Notes: generated by a model not told the origin, from the letters alone. A DNA stretch of 64,000 bases from an uncultured Candidatus Bathyarchaeia archaeon (GCA_964469615.1 CAYXZM010000031.1:20306-84305), one strand, 5' to 3'; counted from the first letter of the stretch, positions 8,431 to 18,710 are shown. Numbers and translations: made by a program.

Positions 8431-9639
8431 ATGCGGAACATTATAGTGGAAGATTTAAAGCAGACTCCTTTGGAAAAACAGTGCCTAGAAATCGTTGAAA
8501 GAAAAGGTCTAGGGCATCCAGACTATATATGCGACGCAGTAATGGACCACATTTCCATACGTCTAAGTAAAGAATACATGGAAACGGCTGGCTCAATATT
8601 GCACCATAACGTTGACAAATCCTTGCTTGTCGCTGGAGAAGCGCAACCAAAATTTGGCGGAGGCGTTGTTAAACAACCAATGCTATTCGTATTCGGCGAT
8701 AGAGCAACATCAGAGTTTAACAACTTAAAAATAGACGTTGCCGAAATAGCCTTAAACGTAGCCAAACAATGGTTTAAGGAAAACATGCGCTTCGTAGACC
8801 CAGAAAAACATGTGAAATATCAAGTTGAACTAAAACCAGGCTCAGTGGGGCTTGTGGACATATTCAAAAGAGAAGGAAAAATTTTGGGTGCCAACGACAC
8901 TTCGGCTGCAGTAGGTTATGCACCTATGACCAGAACAGAAAAGATAGTTCTAGGAACCGAGCAATACCTAAACTCGAAAGAGTTTAAGCAACGCTTTCCA
9001 GAATCTGGCGAAGACATAAAAGTCATGGGTTTTAGAACCAATAATAGTTTAAACTTAACAGTTTCAATGGCATTTGTAGACCGCTTTGTAAACAGCGAGG
9101 AAGATTATTTCGAGAAGAAAACAAAAATCCTTGAAGAAATCAACAAATACGTTTCAGCAAATACAAATTTTGAAAATATTCATGTGCAGTTAAACACTTT
9201 GGATATGCGCGGAAGAGGCTTGGGAGGCGTATACCTAACGGTCTTGGGTACAAGCGCAGATAGCGGCGATTCTGGACAAGTTGGAAGAGGAAACCGCGTA
9301 AACGGCTTAATATCGCTTAATAGACCCTTCTGTTCAGAGGCTGCAGCAGGCAAAAATCCAATCAGTCACGTTGGAAAAATCTACAATGTTCTAACTTACA
9401 AAATAGCCCAGCATGTTTATGAAGAAGTGCCCGAAGTTGCAGAAGTCTACATTTGGCTACTTAGTAAGATAGGTAATCCCATAGATGCCCCAACTGTTGC
9501 TGCTGCGCAGGTGATAATGAAGGGAAATAACTCTTTAGAGAAAGTTAAACGCAAGATAGGTGAAGTGTTGGACTATAGACTTGAAAATATATATGAATTC
9601 TGCATGGAATTAGCTCAAGGGAAAATCAAAACATACTAA
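8431..9639 (+). CDS. metK: archaeal-type S-adenosylmethionine synthetase (methionine adenosyltransferase)
   Basis: About 400 aa with N-terminal [14 protein letters not shown] and [20 protein letters not shown], typical of the archaeal MAT family. Confidence 0.9.
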   Translation: MRNIIVEDLKQTPLEKQCLEIVERKGLGHPDYICDAVMDHISIRLSKEYMETAGSILHHNVDKSLLVAGEAQPKFGGGVVKQPMLFVFGDRATSEFNNLKIDVAEIALNVAKQWFKENMRFVDPEKHVKYQVELKPGSVGLVDIFKREGKILGANDTSAAVGYAPMTRTEKIVLGTEQYLNSKEFKQRFPESGEDIKVMGFRTNNSLNLTVSMAFVDRFVNSEEDYFEKKTKILEEINKYVSANTNFENIHVQLNTLDMRGRGLGGVYLTVLGTSADSGDSGQVGRGNRVNGLISLNRPFCSEAAAGKNPISHVGKIYNVLTYKIAQHVYEEVPEVAEVYIWLLSKIGNPIDAPTVAAAQVIMKGNNSLEKVKRKIGEVLDYRLENIYEFCMELAQGKIKTY

Positions 9640-9791
9640 AAAGAAAGAAGTGAACACGGTTGTCCAATTATATGCTCAAAAAGTTGCTGAAGAATTAGCA
9701 AAATAGAGATTGAACTGATTTTGCACTGTAATATAAGGTGCAAAACTTTATCATCCAGTTCAATGCTAATCTGCCATGAGTTGGCTCTGAT

Positions 9792-10805
9792 ATGGATGCT
9801 TCAGAAGCGGCAAAAAATGCGTTACAATGCGTTTTAGAAGCGAAAGAAGGCGAAAGTTTAGTTATTTTCTGCGACTATGAAAAGCTGAAAATTGGCGAAG
9901 CTTTTGCAGTTGGCGCTTTAAGGCTTGGTCTCCAAACACGTTTAGTCAAGTTAAAGACAGAGGCGAAAGTTTTTCGAAAAGAAATTCCGCAAAATCTTTT
10001 AGAAATTTTGACAAAACAGAAACCAGATATTTACATCAATCTTCTGCGTGGAATACGCGAAGAAACGCCATTCAGAATTAAACTTATCAAAATGGAGACC
10101 CAAGACCATAAAACATGTTTGGGTCATTGTCCAGGTGTTACTTTAGATATGCTTACAGAAGGAGCATTAGCTTTAACAGTTGAAGAACATAGGAAAATGC
10201 AAAGCTTTGCTAGAAACCTCATACAGAGATTAAACAAAGCAATAAAAGTGGAAATTACGAATCCCGCAGGAACAGATGTTTCTTTCAATGTTGAGGGGAG
10301 ACCTTTCTTTACAGACACTATTATTGACTGGAAAACAATGAAGTGGATGAATCTTCCGACAGGAGAGGTGATAGTTGCTCCATTAGAAAACTCTCTCGAG
10401 GGCAAAGTAGTGTGCAACATGGCTGTGGGTGGAATAGGTCCAACAAAGTCTCCTGTTAAACTGGCGGTTCAGAAGGGTAAAGTGGAAGATTCTTTTTGTG
10501 ATGACATGCAAGTTCTAGAAAAAGTTAGGATGTCATTAAAAACTGATGAAGAGGCAAGTGTTGTTGGCGAGTTTGCTTTTGGAATAAACACGAAGGCAAG
10601 ATTTGTTGAAGAGTTTCTTGAAGCGGAGAAACAGATGGGTACGATCCACATAGCTTTCGGTAATAATTCAGACATGCCTGGTGGAAAGAACCAATCCCAA
10701 AATCATATGGATTTTCTAATTTCAAAACCTACAGTGAAAATTTTTGACAAAAATGGCTTATGCATGAATGTACTTGTAAATGGGGTTTTTCAACATTTAT
10801 GGTAG
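9792..10805 (+). CDS. M29-family (AmpS/aminopeptidase T-like) aminopeptidase
   Basis: Layout and motifs NLPTGEV, GTIHIAFGNN and NHMDF resemble thermophilic metalloprotease M29. Confidence 0.65.
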   Translation: MDASEAAKNALQCVLEAKEGESLVIFCDYEKLKIGEAFAVGALRLGLQTRLVKLKTEAKVFRKEIPQNLLEILTKQKPDIYINLLRGIREETPFRIKLIKMETQDHKTCLGHCPGVTLDMLTEGALALTVEEHRKMQSFARNLIQRLNKAIKVEITNPAGTDVSFNVEGRPFFTDTIIDWKTMKWMNLPTGEVIVAPLENSLEGKVVCNMAVGGIGPTKSPVKLAVQKGKVEDSFCDDMQVLEKVRMSLKTDEEASVVGEFAFGINTKARFVEEFLEAEKQMGTIHIAFGNNSDMPGGKNQSQNHMDFLISKPTVKIFDKNGLCMNVLVNGVFQHLW

Positions 10806-10967
10806 GTTCACATCATGAAACCCTATGCCATTTTGCATCAAAACTCGTTTCAAAATAGTCTTTTTGTTTGATATGATATTTTAAATTATTATTAAAAATC
10901 AGAATCCAGAATTGAATAGTCTTATTAATTCATTGCAACAACAAAAACAAAACAAGGTGCGAGCATC

Positions 10968-11372
10968 ATGGCATATCAGGAAGAGACACAAGAAAACATG
11001 CAAGGTGATGAAGAGGAAGGGTACATCGAAGACGTTCAAAATGAACAAGAAGTGGCAGAGGTGGGTATGCAAGAAAATTATGTGGCTAAAGAGGAACAGA
11101 TAAGAAAGAGAAATTGGATGCCAAACAATAGTGGAGAAAATAGAAGCAATTTCATTCATGGATTAGCCGTCGGTCTTGGGATTGGATGTATCGCAACTTT
11201 TGTCATAGTTTGGATTTCAGTGTTTTTCACTCCAAAATTGCCATCCGAAATCACATACGAAAACTTGCTTTCGATATTTGTCTACCCTCTCATTTATCTG
11301 CTGGCAGTAGGTTTAGTCGCATTAACAGCAGGCATTGTCAGGGAATACTACGCTATAAAAAACAAGCTCTAA
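10968..11372 (+). CDS. hypothetical membrane protein with acidic N-terminus and two TM helices
   Basis: E/Q-rich N-terminal 50 aa followed by two hydrophobic helices (GLAVGLGIGCIATFVIVWISVFF and VYPLIYLLAVGLVALTAGIV). Confidence 0.5.
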   Translation: MAYQEETQENMQGDEEEGYIEDVQNEQEVAEVGMQENYVAKEEQIRKRNWMPNNSGENRSNFIHGLAVGLGIGCIATFVIVWISVFFTPKLPSEITYENLLSIFVYPLIYLLAVGLVALTAGIVREYYAIKNKL

Positions 11373-11457
11373 ACACTAAATATCTTAAATCAAGGCTTTT
11401 TCTCAAACTATAATAGTTTAATAATTGAAAGTCTCTAGATTGTATTGTGAAAGCTTT

Positions 11458-12084
11458 ATGCCCTACACATTTAAACGACTTCTAGAAAAAATCTCAAGTG
11501 AGAAAACTCCAGGTCCATCACCCACATTCTCACTTTTTCATATGTTACATGCAATAGAAATAATAGCTAGAAAAACTATTGGGCGCAACAAGCTGGCTGA
11601 GAGTCTAAATGTGGGCAAAGGCGCGGTACGCACCATAATAAAAAGATTAAGAGATGCAGGCTTGGTTGCTGCATCAAAAGAAGGATGCACATTAACAGGT
11701 AAGGGCTTAAAACTGCTGAATGAGTATAAATCAATTTTAAGAAGAACAGAGATTGGAAAGAGTGAACTGACTCTCACAGATTACAATTCTGCAATTTTAA
11801 TCAAAAATAGCGGACATAAAATCAAATCAGGCGTCGAGCAACGCGATGCGGCGATAAAGGTGGGTGCAAAAGGAGCAACAACAATAATTTTCAAAGAAGG
11901 ACGCTTAATAATTCCAGCTGTGAGCAAAAACATGATTGAAGATTTTCCAAAAGCAGCAAATCAAATAGTCAGGCATCTGAAACCAGGGGAAAATGATGTG
12001 ATAGTGATTGGAAGTGGCAATAGCTTGGGAGAAGCGGAGTATGGCACATTGGCGGCAGCGTGGACGCTTCTGGATGATTGCTGA
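11458..12084 (+). CDS. winged-HTH protein, DUF4443-like putative regulator
   Basis: wHTH-like GRNKLAESLNVGKGAVRTIIKRLRDAGLV followed by an about 120-aa alpha/beta domain. ATG 11458 is preferred over the upstream TTG 11425. Confidence 0.45.
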   Translation: MPYTFKRLLEKISSEKTPGPSPTFSLFHMLHAIEIIARKTIGRNKLAESLNVGKGAVRTIIKRLRDAGLVAASKEGCTLTGKGLKLLNEYKSILRRTEIGKSELTLTDYNSAILIKNSGHKIKSGVEQRDAAIKVGAKGATTIIFKEGRLIIPAVSKNMIEDFPKAANQIVRHLKPGENDVIVIGSGNSLGEAEYGTLAAAWTLLDDC

Positions 12085-12108
12085 AATAGAATGATTATGG
12101 CTTTTTTA

Positions 12109-12870
12109 TTAGTAAGTGTATTTTTCTCCTTCATTTAGAATGCGCTCTAACGCCATGCTAAAGTTTATCATTCCATCATTCGTTTTGGCCGAGACTGGAA
12201 CTAGCAGAAACCTTAAGCCAAGTTTGTAAACTGCAAACATCATGTTTCTGCTTAGTAGACGCTTAGTTCCTTCAAGCTTTTGTTCAATTGAATATTCTAG
12301 AACCTTTGGGTTAACCGACCAATCCACGATTTTGTCAACTTCCTCTTTCGGAAGTAAGTCACATTTTGACAACAGATGTATTTGGGGTATAAGAAAACGA
12401 TTGTAGATTGCTGCAGAAAGGAAAATATTTGAAACATAATTAAGCGGATTCACCGAAAAAACCGCGTCGAATAAATAAACTATTGCTTTTGGTCTCTTCG
12501 TAAGCTCGCTAGCTATATATGGACCACTAGCTCTGAAGGCAAACAATTCCATCTGACCAGCAGTATCCACCAGCACAATGTCAGAGTTTAACTCTTCAAC
12601 TTCCCTTGAAATTTGCTCAACTTCATCCGCTATTAAATCAGCAGCCATTATCAACGCACCATTCGGACCTAAACCATACTTCTCCATCAAGTCGCCCACA
12701 TTTACATAATCACGAACATCCACATCTGGCGAGTATGGGAGCGTTAAAGCTCCTGGGTCAAGGTTTACCACTGCAACATCTTGTTTGGACATTTTTAGCC
12801 AGTCGCTAAAAGCCGCTGTTAGCAAAGATTTTCCAGAACCTGCAGTTCCTATTATGAAGACTATAAACAT
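12109..12870 (-). CDS. GPN-loop GTPase
   Basis: P-loop GTAGSGKS, the diagnostic GPN motif (LGPNGALI), and DTAGQME (G3). Confidence 0.85.
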   Translation of the reverse strand: MFIVFIIGTAGSGKSLLTAAFSDWLKMSKQDVAVVNLDPGALTLPYSPDVDVRDYVNVGDLMEKYGLGPNGALIMAADLIADEVEQISREVEELNSDIVLVDTAGQMELFAFRASGPYIASELTKRPKAIVYLFDAVFSVNPLNYVSNIFLSAAIYNRFLIPQIHLLSKCDLLPKEEVDKIVDWSVNPKVLEYSIEQKLEGTKRLLSRNMMFAVYKLGLRFLLVPVSAKTNDGMINFSMALERILNEGEKYTY

Positions 12871-12931
12871 TCTCTAACCATCCACAATCTTGACTGAAAT
12901 ATTCAAGTTCCATGTAAACTAAAAGTTTTTC

Positions 12932-14068
12932 TCAGACTTGAGGAATTTCAGGCGGTGGTGGCTCTTGAATTGCTGGACGAGATTGCTTAGATATGGCATA
13001 CAAGACTATGCCTACACAAACTAAAACCACAGTCATGCCCAATAAAACGACAAAGAAAATGGATAAGCTTGTTACAGTTTGAATTTGGCTGTCCGCACCA
13101 GCGTAATCTTCATTCCCAGACCAACTTGCGCGAATATAACAGATACCTGCCACATCTGCATTCCAAATATAAGCAAAATTTCCATCATTTGTTGTCGTAG
13201 TTTCGCCTAGAAGAATCCACGGAGAATTGTTCACTTTCAGGTAAATTTTAATGGTTTCATTTTGCAAATTCGGCGAAAGCTTTCCAGAAAAAGTAACAAT
13301 GCCTCCTTGAATAACAAATGGAGGCGAAACTGCAAGCGATACAGCTGAAGATAATAAAGTTGTATAGCTTGCAGAAACTTGCCCAAAAGTCGACGAGTCA
13401 GAATTCTCAAGAGTAATTACTTGCACAGGAGCATTTTTTAATTCGGCTGGACATTCGCCAACTCTCCATCCATTTTGCCAGTCTTGCCAATCTCCAGTCG
13501 TTTCTGCAATATAATATCGAATGTCATTGTAAGTCACATAGTATGCCTGCCCTCGTGCATCGTATGGCACATGTGAAAGGCTGACACCAATATTCATATG
13601 CGCTTTAGTTTCATAGTAAAGAAGTACAACATCGAGCCCACCTGCCTTTATGATTGAAGCTGCTATGTAAGAAAAGAGGTCGCAGTCTCCTTTATTTTCA
13701 ACAATTGTTTCCACGGGATATTTCGGCGGTGCAGTTATTTCATAGGGTATTTGATGCACAATCATTAATACCGCGTTCGCAAAATCCTCATCATCTGTGT
13801 AAATTTCCCAAAGCTTGTCAGCAATAGGTTTTAGAGCATATGACGTAACAAACTTGGCAAAATCATTATTCGAATTTAGCGTATGGCTTTTTTCACGATA
13901 GTAATCATAAAGCGATTGTTGAACCATCACATTCAGCCTATAATGTATTGAACCACCAGGTTGGTTCAGAATTTCGTAGGAGAAACTATAGCTTTCTGCG
14001 TGGCAGCATGGAATTAGATAAGAAAGAATAATCAAAATGGACAACAATAGAATTTTCGATTTTTTCAT
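12932..14068 (-). CDS. exported, C-terminally anchored protein with transglutaminase-like cysteine-protease core
   Basis: Signal peptide MKKSKILLLSILIILSYLIPCCHA. Putative Cys/His/Asp-like triad context: KGDCDLFSYIAASIIKAGG, AHMNIGV, YIAETTG. An Ig-like beta-rich C-terminal domain and a TM anchor follow. Confidence 0.55.
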   Translation of the reverse strand: MKKSKILLLSILIILSYLIPCCHAESYSFSYEILNQPGGSIHYRLNVMVQQSLYDYYREKSHTLNSNNDFAKFVTSYALKPIADKLWEIYTDDEDFANAVLMIVHQIPYEITAPPKYPVETIVENKGDCDLFSYIAASIIKAGGLDVVLLYYETKAHMNIGVSLSHVPYDARGQAYYVTYNDIRYYIAETTGDWQDWQNGWRVGECPAELKNAPVQVITLENSDSSTFGQVSASYTTLLSSAVSLAVSPPFVIQGGIVTFSGKLSPNLQNETIKIYLKVNNSPWILLGETTTTNDGNFAYIWNADVAGICYIRASWSGNEDYAGADSQIQTVTSLSIFFVVLLGMTVVLVCVGIVLYAISKQSRPAIQEPPPPEIPQV

Positions 14069-14136
14069 GCAAAGCTTTGTTGCGAGTATAATTTATGGCA
14101 TTTATGAATTGCTAATCAATATTTATAAACTACAGT

Positions 14137-14997
14137 TTAGGCAACTGCCTTTCTCTTTAGAAACTTGATTTTCCCACCAGTTTTCTCCATTAATTTAGAA
14201 AGCTGAATCACGGCGTTCTCTAAACGTTTCTTAGCAGTTTTTGAATCCATCGCCGTAGTTGAGAAGTGAAGTTCTATGTGCGGTTTCTTCTCTTCACCTT
14301 TCGGATGAGATTTTATGTAAACGTAAGGATTCTCACGCATTGCCTTATCGATTAAAGGAGCCAACGTAGACTCCATAATGTTATCGACATATACGCTTGT
14401 TTCAAAAAATACGGCTCCACCCACTTCTTTCCTAAGCAAATGCGTAATAGAACTTTCAAAAATAGCTTCCATTTCCGAAGGAACACCTGGCAACACTATA
14501 ATAAATGTCTGCGCAACTTTCGTCATCACACCTGGCGCAGTGCCGACTGGGTTGGGTAATGGTTCTGCCCTTTCAGGAAGCGTTGCCATTTTAACTCTAT
14601 GCGGTGTTAACTCAACTTCTTCCATTTTTCCTGCTTTGACATAGGCTTCATATTTTTCCTTTACCATTTCTAAAGCTTTTTCGTTAACTTTCAATTTGCG
14701 GTTTAGGGCTTTAGCAATTCCCTCTAAAGTCTTGTCATCAAAAGTTGGTCCTAATCCACCAGTTGTTATTATAAACCGTGGTTTTCGCTGCAAAGCTTCG
14801 TTTACTGCATTAGCAATTTCATCAATGTTATCGCCTACAATAGTTATTCGTTTCACAGATACGCCTAATGCTGTAGCTCGTTTAGCTATCCATAGAGCAT
14901 TTGTGTTTAGCGTCTTGCCTATTAGTAGTTCGTTGCCCACGCAAATTATTTCCATTTGTTTGTCCATATTTCTAAATGTCTCCAGCAGATTATCCAA
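14137..14997 (-). CDS. CinA-like / MoaB-MogA-fold molybdopterin-binding domain protein
   Basis: GNELLIGKTLNTNALWIAKR...FIITTGGLGPTFDDKT is the canonical CinA N-terminal (MoCF_biosynth) signature. Confidence 0.75.
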   Translation of the reverse strand: MDNLLETFRNMDKQMEIICVGNELLIGKTLNTNALWIAKRATALGVSVKRITIVGDNIDEIANAVNEALQRKPRFIITTGGLGPTFDDKTLEGIAKALNRKLKVNEKALEMVKEKYEAYVKAGKMEEVELTPHRVKMATLPERAEPLPNPVGTAPGVMTKVAQTFIIVLPGVPSEMEAIFESSITHLLRKEVGGAVFFETSVYVDNIMESTLAPLIDKAMRENPYVYIKSHPKGEEKKPHIELHFSTTAMDSKTAKKRLENAVIQLSKLMEKTGGKIKFLKRKAVA

Positions 14998-15064
14998 AAA
15001 TAGTGTTGGATTGCTCCTTTTATGCTGTTTGCTAATTTACCGTCTAAAAAGCTGGAGTACCGCT

Positions 15065-15271
15065 CTATTTTTTCTTGGTAAGCCACCATTTCAAATATTC
15101 TTTTTTACGCTTTTCTTGCTCATCTTCTTCGTTTTCAAATTTGGGTCTAAGTTTCTCTCTTAGTTCCATAAGCTCTTGCTGTGTTACAGAGAGCCCGCAG
15201 CTTTTACAGACATAGTGTTTAGTGGCTATCATGTATTGCATTTCGCCACCGCATTCAGGGCAATAGGGCAT
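15065..15271 (-). CDS. small zinc-ribbon protein
   Basis: CPECGG...CKSCG four-Cys ribbon followed by a K/E-rich helix. 68 aa. Confidence 0.6.
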   Translation of the reverse strand: MPYCPECGGEMQYMIATKHYVCKSCGLSVTQQELMELREKLRPKFENEEDEQEKRKKEYLKWWLTKKK

Positions 15272-15344
15272 TTTTAATCACTCTTACGTTTTAAAAGTGA
15301 ATACCTTTGAGAAATATGTTTCGCCTTCTATTGGTAAAAAACAT

Positions 15345-16466
15345 TTACGTAATGAAATTTGTTAACTTAGCCTCCCTAGCAAGTCTTGCAGCCTTCTCCA
15401 TTTCACCATTAGTAAGCCTTCGGCGTAATTCTGGAATCTCGTATGCCCGCCATTCTGGTCTATACTGAAACATCACATTAACCCTTGTTTCAGTCCCCAA
15501 ATTCTCAGCAATCCAATTTATGATAGGCTTTGTGCAGCATTCTAGATGATTTGGCAAGATTAATATGCGTATTATGAGCTCACCATGTTTTTTAGCGTCT
15601 AAATGATTACGTGTGCATACTTCCCAATATTCGGGTGCATCCGAAATTTTCTCAGAACATTCGCCTGGTCCATACTTAAAATCTAAAAGGTAAACGTCGG
15701 CAAATCCAGCTAAAAGTTGTGCTGTTTCTTGACTGTAATAGCTATTTGAATTCCAAACAACTGGAATGTTCACATTCACATGCTTGAAAATTTTAAGCCA
15801 TTGCTGAAGCCATGGAGTCGGTTCTCCACCAACGAGATTAGCATTTCTGCAACCATTTAAGCGTAAGTGCTCCACTTCTTTCGCTAGTTCTTCCGGTTTG
15901 TAAATTTCGCCATTTTCCGTCCATTGAGAAATTGTCCAATTTTGACAGTGCTTGCAGCGCATTGTACAGCCCATTGTGAATATAGTTCCAGATGGCACAA
16001 GTTCTGGTTCCTCGCCTACATGCTCAAAAATGCTTGAAACAGCTATCTTAGTGCCGCATCTGCAAAAACCTAATTCGCCCTTTAACCTATTAACAGCGCA
16101 TCGTCGAGTACAAAAATGACAGTTCGAAAGAATTCGATTTGCAATTTCTATTTTCAAATCAAGACAAGACTTCTCTGGAGCGGGCATTTCCTGCAATTTC
16201 TCATGTTCAACATCAATTTCTCTCTCAATGTTGTAAAATTCTTGCGTTAAGGCGGTATGCTTTTGCCAAAGTTCTTCTAAAGAATCGTGTTCACTGAAAT
16301 CTGCAGGAATTTTCTTGGCTATCATAAATTTTGCTAGCTTTTTATCTTTCATAACAGCAAAATATCTAGCTAAACTCTTCTGAACCCTCTTATCATTCAA
16401 CACAGCCAAAGCATCAGACCGCAAAAACTTCCACATGTCTACTCTAATAATAAATAGTGCAAACAC
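15345..16466 (-). CDS. radical SAM protein, PflX-like (pyruvate formate-lyase activase homologue, COG1313-type)
   Basis: Radical SAM motif CTMRCKHCQNW, preceded by CHFCTRRCAVNRLKGELGFC. The true start may be the internal MWKFL. Confidence 0.7.
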   Translation of the reverse strand: MFALFIIRVDMWKFLRSDALAVLNDKRVQKSLARYFAVMKDKKLAKFMIAKKIPADFSEHDSLEELWQKHTALTQEFYNIEREIDVEHEKLQEMPAPEKSCLDLKIEIANRILSNCHFCTRRCAVNRLKGELGFCRCGTKIAVSSIFEHVGEEPELVPSGTIFTMGCTMRCKHCQNWTISQWTENGEIYKPEELAKEVEHLRLNGCRNANLVGGEPTPWLQQWLKIFKHVNVNIPVVWNSNSYYSQETAQLLAGFADVYLLDFKYGPGECSEKISDAPEYWEVCTRNHLDAKKHGELIIRILILPNHLECCTKPIINWIAENLGTETRVNVMFQYRPEWRAYEIPELRRRLTNGEMEKAARLAREAKLTNFIT

Positions 16467-16580
16467 TGATTTATATGAAACTTTAACTAGACAAAAAAAA
16501 TTGACACCTACACAAAAGCATCGGCTTTAAATAGAGGCTAAAAAACTATTTCATGCACAAAGGCTTACAATAACTATAAA

Positions 16581-17642
16581 CTAAAACAGAGCATACGGAT
16601 AACTATACCCACTCGAATACAATTTACCTTTTATTGGTATTTCCCGCCCACACACTGGGCAACGCATGTCTTTAGCTAAATTCCACCTAGTAATCTCAAA
16701 GCTAAAACGTTTAATCAGCAACTCGTTGCAACTGGGACAGTAAGTATTTTCGGAAGGGTGTCCTGGCACGTTGCCTATGTAGACGTAGTTTAGTCCCTCA
16801 TTCTTTGCAACTGCATAAGCCTTCTCCAAAGTTTCAATTGGAGTGGAAGGAATTGTTGTCAATTGATAGTCGGGGTGAAAACGCAATAAATGAAAAGGCA
16901 CATCTTTGCCCAGATTATCTCTTATCCACGCAACAAGCTCTCTAATTTTATCAATCGAATCGCCTAATTTTGGTATAACCAAATTTGTAATTTCTATGTG
17001 GATGTCATTTCTTCTCATTTCCTTTAATGCCTCATAGATTGGTTCTACCGAAGGAACAGATGAAAAACTCTTATAGAAGCTTGGGTCTCCACCACTCTTA
17101 AAGTCCACAGTTGCAGCATCCAAATAAGGTGCTATAGTTTTCACTGCTTCTGGCGTCATATAACCATTTGTCACAAAAGTGTTAAAGAACCCAACTTGAC
17201 GAGCAAGCTCAGCAGTATCGTAGGCGTATTCAAAAAATATTGTCGGTTCTGTATACGTGTAACTTATACCTTGACAACCATTGTCTCTTGCAGCCTTAAC
17301 AACCTCTTCCGGAGGAAAATGCCTACCACCTATTTTCTTCTCTTGACTTATCATCCAGTTATCACAGAATTGACAGCGAAAATTGCAGCCAATCGTGGCA
17401 ATGGACATGACTAAGGCTCCTGGGTTGAAATGCGAAAGCGGTTTCTTTTCTATTGGGTCTACACATGCTGAAATTGCCTTAGCATAAACAAGCGAAAAAA
17501 GTGTTCCACCTTCATTTTTTCTAACTAAACAAAAGCCTGTTCCACTGTCATTTATAGTGCATCTTCTAGCGCATAGGTTGCACTTGACCTTTCCTTTCTC
17601 TAATTTTTCGTAGAGCATTGCTTCATGTAGTGAGGATGACAA
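16581..17642 (-). CDS. amrS: AmmeMemoRadiSam-system radical SAM enzyme
   Basis: CNLCARRCTINDSGTGFC, radical SAM motif CNFRCQFCDNW, and C-terminal zinc-ribbon Cys pairs (CPSC...CPVCG), as in the AmmeMemoRadiSam rSAM family. Confidence 0.75.
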   Translation of the reverse strand: MSSSLHEAMLYEKLEKGKVKCNLCARRCTINDSGTGFCLVRKNEGGTLFSLVYAKAISACVDPIEKKPLSHFNPGALVMSIATIGCNFRCQFCDNWMISQEKKIGGRHFPPEEVVKAARDNGCQGISYTYTEPTIFFEYAYDTAELARQVGFFNTFVTNGYMTPEAVKTIAPYLDAATVDFKSGGDPSFYKSFSSVPSVEPIYEALKEMRRNDIHIEITNLVIPKLGDSIDKIRELVAWIRDNLGKDVPFHLLRFHPDYQLTTIPSTPIETLEKAYAVAKNEGLNYVYIGNVPGHPSENTYCPSCNELLIKRFSFEITRWNLAKDMRCPVCGREIPIKGKLYSSGYSYPYALF

Positions 17643-17707
17643 ATAGCTCTCTCCTTCAACTTTTCAAGTTTTAATTCTTCAATGTAAATTTTTGCCTTTC
17701 TGTGTAG

Positions 17708-18325
17708 TTACATGTTTGGTGCAGAAGTAGATTCTCTCTTGATTTCGAAGACGAATGGTGGAGCAGATGTTTTCACATCCAATTCTATGCCAAATAAGCT
17801 TTCCAAAAAACCAGCCCAAATATCAGTCTCGCTTATGAAGGGTGTTTTAATTAGGATATATTTATCTTTCAAGTAAAAGTCTCCAAATCCTTGCACTCTC
17901 AAGCGTTTAAACACTTCTTGCCATTTTTCACGATTTGTTGTCTGAATGTTAAGGGTTGCCTCCATGGAAACTTTTGCGGCTTCACCCATTTTTCTGCCCA
18001 TTTCACGCCATTTTTCCTGAGGAATGTACTGAATAAGAGTGTTAACAAGTTCTAGGTTTACGAATGCTATACGGCTGATGCCGCAATAATATTCGCCTGG
18101 AAAACGCCAATCATAAATCATCATGCTTCTGTAAACGTCAAGCATTTTCGAGATAAGGGGTTTTATGCCAGGCTCTTTTCCCTCTCGAATCAGAGAGTCG
18201 ATAAATTCTCTTTCCTCTTTTTCTAGAATAATTGTTGTCCTTTTGGCTGATTCTTCATCTTTCTTTATTATTTCTTCAAGTTTTTTCGCTTTATTTTCTT
18301 GCATAATAGTTATATCTGCCAGCAT
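17708..18325 (-). CDS. hypothetical protein, possible RHH (CopG-like) N-terminus plus V4R-like ligand-binding domain
   Basis: ILEKEEREFIDSLIREGKEPGIKPLISKMLDVY resembles a ribbon-helix-helix. The C-terminal GFGDFYLKDKYILIKTPF...GFLESLFG resembles V4R domains. Weak, by eye only. Confidence 0.35.
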   Translation of the reverse strand: MLADITIMQENKAKKLEEIIKKDEESAKRTTIILEKEEREFIDSLIREGKEPGIKPLISKMLDVYRSMMIYDWRFPGEYYCGISRIAFVNLELVNTLIQYIPQEKWREMGRKMGEAAKVSMEATLNIQTTNREKWQEVFKRLRVQGFGDFYLKDKYILIKTPFISETDIWAGFLESLFGIELDVKTSAPPFVFEIKRESTSAPNM

Positions 18326-18470
18326 ATTTTATATGCTTTTCTAATCAGTCACTCAAAACCGAACAATTTTTAACACAGTAAATCAAAATAATAATTGCCG
18401 ATGAAGAACTATCTAAGCTGAAAAGATGATGCTCCCTGGGGTATCTGAGGCAAACCCACTTCTCTTTCAG

Positions 18471-18710
18471 CTAAGAAATAACACCTTTCTTAATCAGATA
18501 CAATAAGAGTACCAAACCAACTATGAAAAGGGCAAAACCAGAACCCATGGAAATAAAATATTCAACATCCAAAACTTTTAACAACACAAGAACCGCATAG
18601 GTTGGCCCAGCAAAAATCAGAAAAACCGTTACTATTATTAAAAGTGTTCTCCGAAATTTAGAACCTATATTCAACGAGGTTTTTCCACTCTTTTGCTCCT
18701 TTTCACTCAT
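18471..18710 (-). CDS. small membrane protein (2 TM)
   Basis: 79 aa with two clear hydrophobic helices after a basic N-terminus. Confidence 0.45.
   Translation of the reverse strand: MSEKEQKSGKTSLNIGSKFRRTLLIIVTVFLIFAGPTYAVLVLLKVLDVEYFISMGSGFALFIVGLVLLLYLIKKGVIS

Noticed and set aside
9719-9745. Hairpin TTTTGCAC-N11-GTGCAAAA downstream of metK, as a terminator
   Set aside because: The stem is only 8 bp and AT-rich with an 11-nt loop and no following oligo-T tract. Archaeal termination relies mainly on T-runs, so the support is too weak to annotate.
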